Assembly (NCBI GenBank): GCA_000092065.1
Contig: CP000584.1
Source of the DNA: Ostreococcus lucimarinus
Lineage: Eukaryota
Direction: 5' to 3' (one strand)
Length of the DNA: 64,000 nt
Position 1 is the first letter of the stretch. Each line of letters begins with the position of its first letter. The notes beneath the pieces are model-generated. The model was not told where the DNA came from, ran no database searches, and saw only the letters and a program-made list of their open reading frames with translations. The translations under genes were made by a program, and so were the position numbers. Shown here in pieces: positions 8,293 to 17,145 of this stretch.

Positions 8293-10725
8293 TTAAATCC
8301 AATCATCTAATTCTTGATTGTCGCCCTGAGATGGCGTGCGCGCTGAGGCGTTGTTATGCGTCGCGAACAGCGTGTTGAGTTTGTCGTTGCCGTCGGGGCG
8401 CTTTTCACTCTTGGTGCGCGGAGAGTTTTGCTTGTAATCTGCATACCCGAACTGCGTCTCGTGCTTATTATCCATTTGAGACAGTTGGAGACTGGACGCG
8501 CCCATCGCATTCTTTACCGTCCTCGTGACGGTAGAGCGATTCACGGGCGTCGGAAAACCGAGCGGTTTAGGCATATCGGTGTTTTCATCCCTGGGTTCCA
8601 TATTTTGCATCACCTGATCGAACAGCGCCTCCGTTTGCTCGCCCGCGCTCGGTCGCCCGGTCAGCGTTTTCAGTCGTTTACTTCCAGGCGTCACGCCCGA
8701 TGCGGTGCGTGAGAGCGGTGTTTTCCCACGAGAACCAGTCGACTTGGGCATTCTACTGTCGCCGCTTGGGCTGCTCTTCGCGATCGTACTCGGCGTGGAA
8801 GGTTTCGTCGTATGCAGCGGAGATGCAGAGGGTTGTAATAACCCGGAAAGATCTTTTCCAACGACTTGAGGCGCGAAAGCTTTCTTTGCAGCCGCTTGAA
8901 TCTCCGCGTGAGTTTCACCGGCTGCAGGTTCCGCATTCGATTCGCCAGACTTTGGCTTAAATTCGGACTCGTCCACAAGCTTTCCAGATTTGATGCACGT
9001 TTCCAACCATTCGCGAGTGGCAACTTTAAGACCCCAGTTCATCGCAGCTTCATACTTCTTACCGGAAGCTACCGGTGACAATAGATGGGTGTTTTTCGCT
9101 CGACTCAGTTGGTCTGAATACTTCGCGTCAACGAGCACACACATCATGCGAATCTCACGCTTTGTATCCTCGGTATAGTTTGACGTGCTCATACGAATAC
9201 TACCCCCACTCAAACCTGGGATCGGTACGTCGCACGGAAGTGGTTTGAAAGCCACCGAATTTTCGGGAGAAAGAATGCAGCTTTGCTTCAGGCATTCGTC
9301 CAACCAAAAGCACGTCACAAGTTCCATCTTGCCCAGCGCCATCTTCCTGAGCGTCCTTCGCTCATCCGCGCTCGGCATTGATGGGCACACCATGTAGTCA
9401 GCGTTCATGAACTCTCTACCAGTACGCGAGTCAATTACTGACCCCCCACCTTGACCGATGTAATCACGTGCCGCCGAAGCCTCATCTTCTTGCAAAAGAG
9501 GAGACAACGCGATTCGCTTACCGACGAACGGAATACTATCTGACGTCGGCTGGCCAGACTCGTCCTGTCTATCGAAACGAATCGGTTCCGTCGCAGGCAG
9601 CTCTGTTCCTGTCATTTTAGACGTCTCAGGCACTTGAACTCGAGATAAATTCTCGCGCGCGAGCGGATTTTGATCTCTCGTCACGATCTCGGGTTGTCGA
9701 ATATCTTGCTTCGCGCCCGGATTCAATCGACTCGTTCGGTTACCTCGGTTACCTTCTTCGATCTCATCACGACGTTCGCTCGATAGCGACCTGGTAGATT
9801 GTATCCCTGAATCGGTTCGTCGATTTGATATGGTTTTGTTGACATTCTCCTCCCAGATTTTGTCTTCAATCAAGTAATCTTCCATCGGTAAGCACTTGCT
9901 CTCGCGTGCGCACGCCACAAGCCACGCTGCCGTCACGCAGCGATCTCGCTCCATGCGGACCCGATAATAATCAACCGCACTCGCATGCTCACTAATGACT
10001 ATGTGAGTCGCCTTGTTCATGTCTTTTGTGGTGATCCCCGCCCCTTGACGAACTAGTTTCATCTTTTCAAACGTATCCTCGTGCATGAGATTCTTCTTCT
10101 CTTGATTTCTCGTCTCTCGTTCGTGTGCGTCAAAACCGACCATGTAAAGACGACAACCGAATAGATGATTTGAGTCCCAAGGCGTGTCGTCTTCTAACAA
10201 TTGAGGAGGCACCCACTTAACCACTTCCGGTGCAACAACTCTCTGCTGCACCACCGGGTAACACGCTTCGCCGACGTTTGCCTTCGCTCTCACGCAGTCG
10301 TCCAACCATTTTTGACTCACGATTCTTATGCCCCACTTCAGTGCACTTTTATACTTGCCACCCTCCGGTTTCAACGCGATCAAATGTGTGCACTTTCCCT
10401 GGACTAAATCTGGCGAAAACGTTCCGCCGTTCTGCTCCACCTCCAACTTCAATCGCTCTCGATGCGTCAGGTCCATAAATCCCGTGATCGACACGACACA
10501 TCCCAAGAACGGTGGTACCATGAAACGATCTAGCGCTACCAACCTTTTTCCTTGCGCGCTCGCTCGCAACCAACCCACCGTGACGACCGGTTTCCTCAGC
10601 TGTCTCGCCACGTCGTACTTGAGCGTCGTCGTCGCCGCCGCCAGACACACGTCGAAGTGCGACCCGGGACGATATCCACGATCGATCGTCACGTCCAGCG
10701 CCTGCGCCAGCTGCTCGATCTCATC
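8293..10725 (-). CDS. multi-BRCT-domain protein (TopBP1/Dpb11/Cut5-like), exon 2 of 2
   Basis: There are at least four BRCT-like modules: THLIALKPEGGKYKSALKWGIRIVSQKWLDDC; ATHIVISEHASAVDYYRVRMERDRCVTAAWLVAC; GKRIALSP...ADYMVCPS...LVTCFWLDECL; TKREIRMMCVLV...NTHLLSPVASGKKYEAAMNWGLKVATREWL. Exon 2 follows an acceptor TAG|GAT at 10726-27, and an ACTGAC branch motif lies 32 nt upstream of that AG. The ORF-track 'M' at 10692 is a GTG artefact. Confidence 0.7.
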   Translation of the reverse strand, partial: DEIEQLAQALDVTIDRGYRPGSHFDVCLAAATTTLKYDVARQLRKPVVTVGWLRASAQGKRLVALDRFMVPPFLGCVVSITGFMDLTHRERLKLEVEQNGGTFSPDLVQGKCTHLIALKPEGGKYKSALKWGIRIVSQKWLDDCVRAKANVGEACYPVVQQRVVAPEVVKWVPPQLLEDDTPWDSNHLFGCRLYMVGFDAHERETRNQEKKNLMHEDTFEKMKLVRQGAGITTKDMNKATHIVISEHASAVDYYRVRMERDRCVTAAWLVACARESKCLPMEDYLIEDKIWEENVNKTISNRRTDSGIQSTRSLSSERRDEIEEGNRGNRTSRLNPGAKQDIRQPEIVTRDQNPLARENLSRVQVPETSKMTGTELPATEPIRFDRQDESGQPTSDSIPFVGKRIALSPLLQEDEASAARDYIGQGGGSVIDSRTGREFMNADYMVCPSMPSADERRTLRKMALGKMELVTCFWLDECLKQSCILSPENSVAFKPLPCDVPIPGLSGGSIRMSTSNYTEDTKREIRMMCVLVDAKYSDQLSRAKNTHLLSPVASGKKYEAAMNWGLKVATREWLETCIKSGKLVDESEFKPKSGESNAEPAAGETHAEIQAAAKKAFAPQVVGKDLSGLLQPSASPLHTTKPSTPSTIAKSSPSGDSRMPKSTGSRGKTPLSRTASGVTPGSKRLKTLTGRPSAGEQTEALFDQVMQNMEPRDENTDMPKPLGFPTPVNRSTVTRTVKNAMGASSLQLSQMDNKHETQFGYADYKQNSPRTKSEKRPDGNDKLNTLFATHNNASARTPSQGDNQELDDWI

Positions 10726-10827
10726 CTACGTCATCACACTCGTCGTTCGTGCGCACCGTCAGTCTCTCGAGGTCGTCGTCGTCGCGATGATCGTCGGCTG
10801 TCTTCTCGGATTCAAATCTCGACGCAC

Positions 10828-10872
10828 CGTTTGCTCATCCGTGAAACCGGTGATGATGACCACGGTGGACAT
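10828..10872 (-). CDS. multi-BRCT-domain protein, exon 1 (MSTVVIITGFTDEQT) joined to 8293-10725 across a 102-nt intron (10726-10827)
   Basis: ATG is at 10870-10872 (minus) and the donor is ACG|GTGCGT. Splicing removes two in-frame stops and yields VVIITGFTDEQT|DEIEQLAQALDVTIDRGY...THL-type..KY..A....VV...WL, a canonical first BRCT fold. Donor, branch point and phase all fit the intron signature seen elsewhere in the window. Confidence 0.55.
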
Positions 10873-11123
10873 CACGCGCGGCTCGAGACGCGTCTTACGT
10901 GTCGATCTCGGTTTGAGGCCGCACGTGCGCGCGAAGACGCGCGAGGCGCGATGTGGTGCGTTGCGATGTGGCAACTTCACCGGTTGAGGGACGTTTTTCA
11001 GACTGCGGTGCCAGATTTCGATTTCCATCGATTGTTTCGAAGCATGCGAGCGGGATGATGGGAATCAGCGGACAAGAAATGTTCTAGTTTTCTGAACTTT
11101 TACATGATGCGCGGCGCGCGGGG

Positions 11124-12230
11124 CTATTGCTTGGCAATTTGCGCGAACGATTGCCGTAAGCCGTCGACGGTTTTGCGAAACGAAGCGAGCTCGGCAGATT
11201 GCTTCTTTACCGTCGCTTCGAGGTCCTTGACGCGCGACTCCAGCTTGGTGATGTGAGATTTAGACCCCACATGGCTTTTGTCGAGTTCTGCATGCTTGGT
11301 TTCGAGGGTGAGAAGGGCGGTGTCGATCGCGCGAAGGCCTTCGCGCCTGTGCTCGTCGTCATCGACGACGGCTTGCGCCCACCTCTCGAGCGCGCTCACA
11401 CGCGTCGATACCTTGGTCTCGGCGGTATAAAGCATGCGCAAATGATTTTCAGCATTCTCAAACAGATGTTCAGACATTTTCCCTAGTCTGACGGGATGCT
11501 GGCATCCCAACTCAGCGTAAGGGCATTCCACTTCTCGCATGGCGCAGTCGCCTGCTGCGTGGGCTTCCATCTCTCCTCGGGCGATTTGCCGCCCACACTC
11601 CAGTCTGCAGTCGATGAGCTTGTAAGAGCATCGGTTGTCGTGTTTTTCTTGAGAATGCTTGCTGAAACTCGCGGGGCATCCTTCGTTCGAACACGAAACC
11701 GGAAGAAATTTACAGCTTATCTTGTGCTCAAACAACGCATCCTCATCCACACAAGATTTTCGACAATGCGCCTGAAAGTCCGTGTCGTAATAATCTCTTA
11801 CCAACCTAATGGCTAACTTGTGACGCTCCGCCTCGGGCCACGCGTCATCATTATCAAGAAGCAGTGTTGTCGTCGCCGCTACGCCATCCTCTGTAGAGGA
11901 AAACACACCACTCATAAGCCCTTTCTTCCCCGCCGTCCACGCGTTGATGGCGTTCGACAGGTCGACAAGCGTTCTGTTGCTCCCTTTCGCGCCTCTCACG
12001 AGCGCTTCTTCGAGTTCTTTCGCGCATTCCGTCGCACTTTTGAGTTTGGACGAAGTGGACGACAAAACGCTCGATTGAAACACAACGGCTCGAACGACGG
12101 CGTTGAACAGCGCGCTGGCGACATTGTTCGACGTAGAACAACACACGTGGTCGCACGTTAACCGTGACTCGGGCGCGGTTGACTCGAGCGCGCGAGAGGG
12201 AAGTTCGGACTCGGACGTGTCGTCGCTCAT
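11124..12230 (-). CDS. TRAF-type zinc-finger domain protein with a C-terminal coiled coil
   Basis: The Cys/His pattern FLPVSCSNEGCPASFSKHSQEKHDNRCSYKLIDCRLECGRQIARGEMEAHAAGDCAMREVECPY fits TRAF-type zinc fingers. It is followed by a heptad-rich tail (LETKHAELDKS...LESRVKDLEATVKKQSAELASFRK). Real ATG is at 12228-12230 and stop TAG at 11124-11126. Confidence 0.65.
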   Translation of the reverse strand: MSDDTSESELPSRALESTAPESRLTCDHVCCSTSNNVASALFNAVVRAVVFQSSVLSSTSSKLKSATECAKELEEALVRGAKGSNRTLVDLSNAINAWTAGKKGLMSGVFSSTEDGVAATTTLLLDNDDAWPEAERHKLAIRLVRDYYDTDFQAHCRKSCVDEDALFEHKISCKFLPVSCSNEGCPASFSKHSQEKHDNRCSYKLIDCRLECGRQIARGEMEAHAAGDCAMREVECPYAELGCQHPVRLGKMSEHLFENAENHLRMLYTAETKVSTRVSALERWAQAVVDDDEHRREGLRAIDTALLTLETKHAELDKSHVGSKSHITKLESRVKDLEATVKKQSAELASFRKTVDGLRQSFAQIAKQ

Positions 12231-12429
12231 GGTGAGCGTCGCGTCGACGAATGTGGTTGGTGGTTGGCTTTTGCCGTTCAGAAGTGCGGTCGATATTAAA
12301 ATTAAAAAACATACCGTGCATTATTATCTACGTATTGTCTACGTGCGTGCGTGTCGTGTGTCGTGTGTCGCGTATCCGGAAATTCGGGTAATATACAGTG
12401 GCGTCGGCGCAGACCTGACAGCGCGTTGA

Positions 12430-13356
12430 CTAAACTCGGAGGATCTGGAGGCTGTTTCGGAAAGCTATCGAGATCCAATCCGGTTGCGACGCGCTCCACT
12501 GTAACTGATTGATTTCTGCTCCAGCAGAGTAAGCGAGAATAGGGTCGAGACCGCCTTCGGGTGGTTGATTCATGGACGACAAATCCCAAATCAACGCCTG
12601 ACTGTCGTCGCCCGCCGTGCACATGTGGCTTGAGCTGTGTGGCGCCCACGCCAATGTATTCACGCTCGCTCTGTGACTCTGAAGTTCTGCGACCGGCAAC
12701 GTCGGGAAGCGAATATCGAGAATGATCACCGGACTATCCATGCAAATGGTGGCCATGTATCTCGGATCCTGCTTGTTCCACCCCAAACGCAGCAGCGGCG
12801 TGTCTGGAGTTTGACTCTCGTAAATGATCGTACTGTGATCCTTGTCTCTCAAGTCGAAAACTCGCACACTTCCATCCGCACTTACGCTAGCGAAAACCTC
12901 TGGACCACCCCACGCGATGTCGTACACCTCCTTATCATGCGCGATGAGCTGCGTGTCCACGCACTCGCGCTCGATGTCCCAAATCGTACACGTCGTGTCG
13001 ATCGACGACGTCCCCACTCGCTGAAGCTTGGTCTCGTTCCAATCAAAGCTCGTCAGCGGTGCGCAAAATTCGCTGCTCTTGTTATTATTCAGTAAAGATT
13101 TCATCTGCACCGTGTTATCATCCTGCACTTGCCAGATTCGCAAGTAGTCCCCCGTCGTCGCTAACAAATCCTCCTTCGTGCACTCCTTGTCCGGAATGAA
13201 CAAAATTTTCGTGCAAGGATACGGATGCGTGAACGAACACTGCGCCTCCTTCGGAAACTCCCCGGTTTCCTCGTCCAAGGTGATGATCTCAACCTTGTTG
13301 CTATACTCCTCCACGAACGAACCCAAGGCGAGGCGGAAGCGTTTATCTTGTCGAAC
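12430..13356 (-). CDS. DCAF7: DCAF7/WDR68 (AN11/TTG1-like) WD40 protein, exon 2 of 2
   Basis: [34 protein letters not shown]...[13 protein letters not shown]...[14 protein letters not shown]...TSFDWNE...TTCTIWDIE is collinear with human DCAF7. Acceptor CAG|GTT is at 13357-58, and an ACTGAC branch motif lies 22 nt upstream of it. Confidence 0.85.
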   Translation of the reverse strand, partial: VRQDKRFRLALGSFVEEYSNKVEIITLDEETGEFPKEAQCSFTHPYPCTKILFIPDKECTKEDLLATTGDYLRIWQVQDDNTVQMKSLLNNNKSSEFCAPLTSFDWNETKLQRVGTSSIDTTCTIWDIERECVDTQLIAHDKEVYDIAWGGPEVFASVSADGSVRVFDLRDKDHSTIIYESQTPDTPLLRLGWNKQDPRYMATICMDSPVIILDIRFPTLPVAELQSHRASVNTLAWAPHSSSHMCTAGDDSQALIWDLSSMNQPPEGGLDPILAYSAGAEINQLQWSASQPDWISIAFRNSLQILRV

Positions 13357-13543
13357 CTGTCGCGTTCAATTCGACGTCGTCAGTCCACGCCATTCGCGTC
13401 TTCACTCGCGCGTCTCCATTTTTAATCTCCGATCGACCGTTCGCGCGCGTCCCCGAGTCTCCTCCGTCGCGTCTCCTCCGTCGCCCCTCGCGATTCAATT
13501 CTCCCGCGCTCGCCCCCAATCCATCGCCTCGCTCGCCACGCAC

Positions 13544-13615
13544 GCTCCAATTGCACGCGTAGATCATCCACGGCGCCTCATAGGTGTATATTTCCGCCCT
13601 CTTCTCCGCGTTCAT
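13544..13615 (-). CDS. DCAF7: DCAF7/WDR68 exon 1 (MNAEKRAEIYTYEAPWMIYACNWS) joined across a 187-nt intron (13357-13543)
   Basis: ATG is at 13613-13615 (minus). EIYTYEAPWMIYACNWS matches the DCAF7 N-terminus EIYKYEAPWTVYAMNWS. The donor AGC|GTGCGT is phase 0, and the junction restores ...NWS|[11 protein letters not shown], matching human [14 protein letters not shown]. Confidence 0.75.
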
Positions 13616-13901
13616 CGTTCGCGCGCGCCTTCCTCGTCTTTCGTCGCGCGCCTTCACCGCCCGTCGGGTCCCGCGTTCGCGCTCGACGCCTTCGCGTTCG
13701 CGTCCGACGCCTTCGCGTCGCTCGAAGCGCGCGCCTCGCTCGCGTCGACCGCGTCGAGCGCGTCGACCGCGTCGAGCGCGTTCGCGTCGTCGTGTGCCGC
13801 GCGTCGTTCGCGCCGTCGTCGAATCCATCCATCGAATCCATCGATCGATGCGTCCGTCGATCGCGCGCGGCGCCGTTCGCGGCGGCGCACCCGCGCGCGC
13901 G

Positions 13902-14633
13902 ATGGACGCCGGCGCGACGTCGCGCGCGCGCACGATGCTCGACGCGTGCGAACGCCTCGGAACGTTCGCCGGCGTCGCGGGCGACGCGCGCGCGGACGGG
14001 ACGGCGCGCGACGGACGGGACGTCGTCGCGGACGTCGTCATCCTCGGCGCGGACCGCGCCGAGGGGACGAGCCCGCGGGAGACGGCGACGATGTTCGCGA
14101 GCGTGCGCGCGCGGGCGAGAGCGTGCGGCGTGGACACGGTGCGAGTGCTGTGCGTCGGGCCGAACGTGCGCGTGGGCGAGGCGTACGAGCTGGGGAGGGA
14201 GTACGACGCGGGCGAGAGGACGCGGGACGAGGCGGCGCTGCGGGTGGAGTTTCGAGCGGGATTGTATCACGAGGAAACGGTCGAGAGAACGGCGGACGTG
14301 GCGTTCGCGTTTAACGCGGGAGTGTGGGGGTACGATCCGAGCGATTGGCATCCGACGATCGAACGAGTGGTGGTGCGAGAGCGAACGCCGCTCGTGCTGA
14401 CGTCGTATAGCTTGCGAGAGGCGGAGAGCGACGAGGACGCGATGCGGGCGAGCCTGAGTGGGTTCGAGAACGTGATGTGGGAGTGGGAGGCGGAGAAAAA
14501 CGCGTCGTGCTCGAGCGAGGTGCGAGAGTTGGGATTTGATCGAACCGAGTACATGAAGAAGGACGCGAGCGGCGAGTCGTCGCAGGACGTATTGCGAGAA
14601 AATTTCGCGTGGCAATGCGTCGCCGTGAATTGA
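13902..14633 (+). CDS. conserved hypothetical protein (family not recognised)
   Basis: The first ATG is at 13902. The C-terminal 150 aa has ordinary GC3 coding character and non-repetitive composition (AFAFNAGVWGYDPSDWHPTIERVVVRERTPLVLTSYSLREAE...). The N-terminal third is R/A-rich and uncertain. It is divergent from the DCAF7 start, and stop is TGA at 14631-33. Confidence 0.3.
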   Translation: MDAGATSRARTMLDACERLGTFAGVAGDARADGTARDGRDVVADVVILGADRAEGTSPRETATMFASVRARARACGVDTVRVLCVGPNVRVGEAYELGREYDAGERTRDEAALRVEFRAGLYHEETVERTADVAFAFNAGVWGYDPSDWHPTIERVVVRERTPLVLTSYSLREAESDEDAMRASLSGFENVMWEWEAEKNASCSSEVRELGFDRTEYMKKDASGESSQDVLRENFAWQCVAVN

Positions 14634-14707
14634 AAATTTGTCGAGTTGTCGAGTTGTTGAGTAGGTTTTGTAACACGAATGATTTTGATTCTTTCTTTCG
14701 AAAGCGC

Positions 14708-16021
14708 TCACGCGGATGAACAGAAATTTTTTGTGCCCGTGATGGCGTTCATTCGCTTCGCGTGTCGTCGCACGAGATCGAAAGTTGTCTCGTCACTGTG
14801 AATGCCATACGAAGACGTAAGCCCGACGCCTCGGTCATACCAGTGCCAAAATATTGTACCAGAGAGCTTACCGTCTCGCGCAGCGCTCTCCGCAAGGTCG
14901 AATGCAGCGGCAAAGTACTTGTCGCGTTCTGCAAATCCTGTCGCGCCTTCATTTCGATCGACCTTTTTGCCAAACTCTTCCAGTACGAACGGTTTCCCGA
15001 TGCGTTCCGCGATGTTGATGCGCGATTTGATGAACTTTTGCTGTAACTCGACAGATTGCGTCGGAAACCAGTTGTCAGGCCAGACGTGAATACTGACGTA
15101 ATCGATGGAATCCATCCGCGAGTGTCGAGCCCATGATTGACCTTCACGCGAAGCCCAGTCGCTGCCTTCGCCTGGATTTGTCGCCTGCCTCTCCGCGGGG
15201 TCGTCGGAATGGAAAAACCCCTCGTATCCGAGACCAACGAGCTGATTCGGTGCGAATGATTTCAAATAAGTCGCCATTTCATCGATCCATTTCCCGATAG
15301 TGCTCGCGGGGCAATTCTGGCACCTCGCTTCGTTGACAAGATTGTAAGACATGATCGTAGCGTCGTCGCCGTATCGAACACCATTAATTGTATTCCGCCG
15401 TGTGGTGATGGTTTTTATCATGTCTTTGAAGATGCGCTTCGAATTCGAATCAGTAAAGAAATCTTGGTGTTTATCCGCCGTTTGACTCCAGGCGACGTAC
15501 TGGTCGACGCCGCCCACGGGATACCAGTTATCTGCCAACACGAGGCAGACTTTGACGTCTCGCTTTCTGGCTTCATCAAGGAAAAAATCAAGCCCACGCA
15601 GAGCATCTTCGTCCCAGACGCCTGGACGACTCTGAACCTCATTTCCTTTCGAAATTGTGTGCGCCCAAACGCGAACGACTTTCAAACCTTCCGCGACGCC
15701 CTCGTTGAGCAAACGCTGTATGTGTTCTCTGCCTGGAAGTGGCAAGTGGCGCGCCGGCGGTCCAGCTCCAGTCGCCGCCTCCATCATCTCCCACTGGTTC
15801 CATCCGGCAAAGATGAATTCTTTGCCACCGAGCTCAAACTTGTTTCCATTCACGCGAACGAAAGCATCCTTGGGTAAACACGTCGTCGCTTGTGTAGGAG
15901 AACCGACTTCCAGAGCGCCGTGTCGTCCGGCCTCAGTGGTTCGAAACCAATTCGCGTCGTGATCGGCGAGTACGCACGAAGGTAAGAGGGCGAGAATTAT
16001 TTGCAGCGTGAAGAAGCGCAT
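14708..16021 (-). CDS. secreted glycoside hydrolase family 5 enzyme (endo-beta-mannanase-like)
   Basis: It has a signal peptide MRFFTLQIILALLPSCVLA (ATG at 16019-16021). GH5 clan-A motifs are present: FIFAGWNQWE, VVRVWAHT, the catalytic acid region LVNEARC (NEP/NEAR motif), and the nucleophile region GLGYEGFF. Stop is TGA at 14708-10. Confidence 0.8.
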   Translation of the reverse strand: MRFFTLQIILALLPSCVLADHDANWFRTTEAGRHGALEVGSPTQATTCLPKDAFVRVNGNKFELGGKEFIFAGWNQWEMMEAATGAGPPARHLPLPGREHIQRLLNEGVAEGLKVVRVWAHTISKGNEVQSRPGVWDEDALRGLDFFLDEARKRDVKVCLVLADNWYPVGGVDQYVAWSQTADKHQDFFTDSNSKRIFKDMIKTITTRRNTINGVRYGDDATIMSYNLVNEARCQNCPASTIGKWIDEMATYLKSFAPNQLVGLGYEGFFHSDDPAERQATNPGEGSDWASREGQSWARHSRMDSIDYVSIHVWPDNWFPTQSVELQQKFIKSRINIAERIGKPFVLEEFGKKVDRNEGATGFAERDKYFAAAFDLAESAARDGKLSGTIFWHWYDRGVGLTSSYGIHSDETTFDLVRRHAKRMNAITGTKNFCSSA

Positions 16022-16188
16022 GTGGAGGCGAGAAGTGACACATGGCGGCGACACATGGCGGCGTTGTTGTTCCGATGTTTCAATAGTGTGAATACCGCGC
16101 CTCGCTGGCTATATCGAACACAATTTCGAATTCCGTCGAAGAGCGGGATATAACAATGGATCAATGTTGTACTAGTATGCTGATGATA

Positions 16189-17079
16189 TTACATGATGTT
16201 CATTGGCGTCAGGTCTAGTTGTGCATTGTGTCCCGTTCTCGCCTTCGTGGCGAGCGCGATAGCTTTGAGCTCTGCCAAGAGTTCAGGGAAGTGACGAAGA
16301 GGCCACTGCGTGGGGCCGTCCACAGGGGATGAGTTCGGATCATTGTGAACCTCCATAAAAAGTCCATCGACACCAGCCGCGACGCACGATCGAGCGATGG
16401 TTGGGATGAGCTCGCGCGAGCCGCCCGAAGCCACCGCGCCATCCGCGCCCGCCAAGCCCGCTGGTTGTTGGAGCGAGTGCGTAACGTCGGCGACGATCGG
16501 GCAACCTGCGTCGCGCATCAATGGAATATTTCTCATGTCTACGACCAAATCGGAGTACCCAAAAGTGCTCCCACGCTCGCATAGTAACACGTTCTCGTTT
16601 CCGGTTGAGAACACCTTCTTCGCCGAATTTCTCATCACGCTCGGCGCACAGAATTGCCCCTTCTTAATGTTAATCACTCGACCGGTCCTCCCGGCTGCGA
16701 GCAACAAATCCGTTTGTCGACACAAAAACGCCGGAATCTGCATCACATCCGCCACCGCGCTCACCGGTTCCGCCTGCTCCTCGGTGTGAATGTCCGTCAC
16801 GATCGGTACGTCGAACGTCGTCTTCACCGCCTGCAGAATCCGTAAACCGTCGTCGATTCCAGGGCCACGGAACGACGTGATGCTCGTTCTGTTTGCCTTG
16901 TCGAAGCTCGACTTGAAGATGAACGGCACGTCGAGCTCGTCGGTGACGCGCTTCAGCTCTCGACACATGGCGAAGATGTGCTCTTCGGATTGAATGACGT
17001 TCGGTCCTGCCATTAAAAAGAACGGTTGGGAGGACTTTAAGTCACCAAACAAAGCGTTACCGGCGGCGAGGTGCGCCAT
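16189..17079 (-). CDS. kdsA: 3-deoxy-D-manno-octulosonate 8-phosphate synthase (KDO8P synthase)
   Basis: The 296-aa product is collinear with bacterial and plant KdsA: FKSSFDKANRTS, RGPGIDDGLRIL, PIVTDIHT, QIPAFLCRQTDLL, INIKKGQF, LCERGSTFGY, DLVVDMR, VTHSLQ, GLFMEVHNDP. Real ATG is at 17077-17079 and stop TAA at 16189-91. Confidence 0.9.
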   Translation of the reverse strand: MAHLAAGNALFGDLKSSQPFFLMAGPNVIQSEEHIFAMCRELKRVTDELDVPFIFKSSFDKANRTSITSFRGPGIDDGLRILQAVKTTFDVPIVTDIHTEEQAEPVSAVADVMQIPAFLCRQTDLLLAAGRTGRVINIKKGQFCAPSVMRNSAKKVFSTGNENVLLCERGSTFGYSDLVVDMRNIPLMRDAGCPIVADVTHSLQQPAGLAGADGAVASGGSRELIPTIARSCVAAGVDGLFMEVHNDPNSSPVDGPTQWPLRHFPELLAELKAIALATKARTGHNAQLDLTPMNIM

Positions 17080-17145
17080 GTCGATCGTGGTGGTTTGACG
17101 CGTCGTGATGTCCGGGCGGTGTGCGCGCGCGCTGATGTTACAAAG

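Noticed and set aside
14150-14410. Possible intron (GTGCGT at 14150, GCTGAC at 14392) inside the 13902-14633 hypothetical gene
   Set aside because: The branch motif is imperfect (GCTGAC). The segment that would be removed is the most coding-like, non-repetitive part of the ORF, so it is kept as a single exon.
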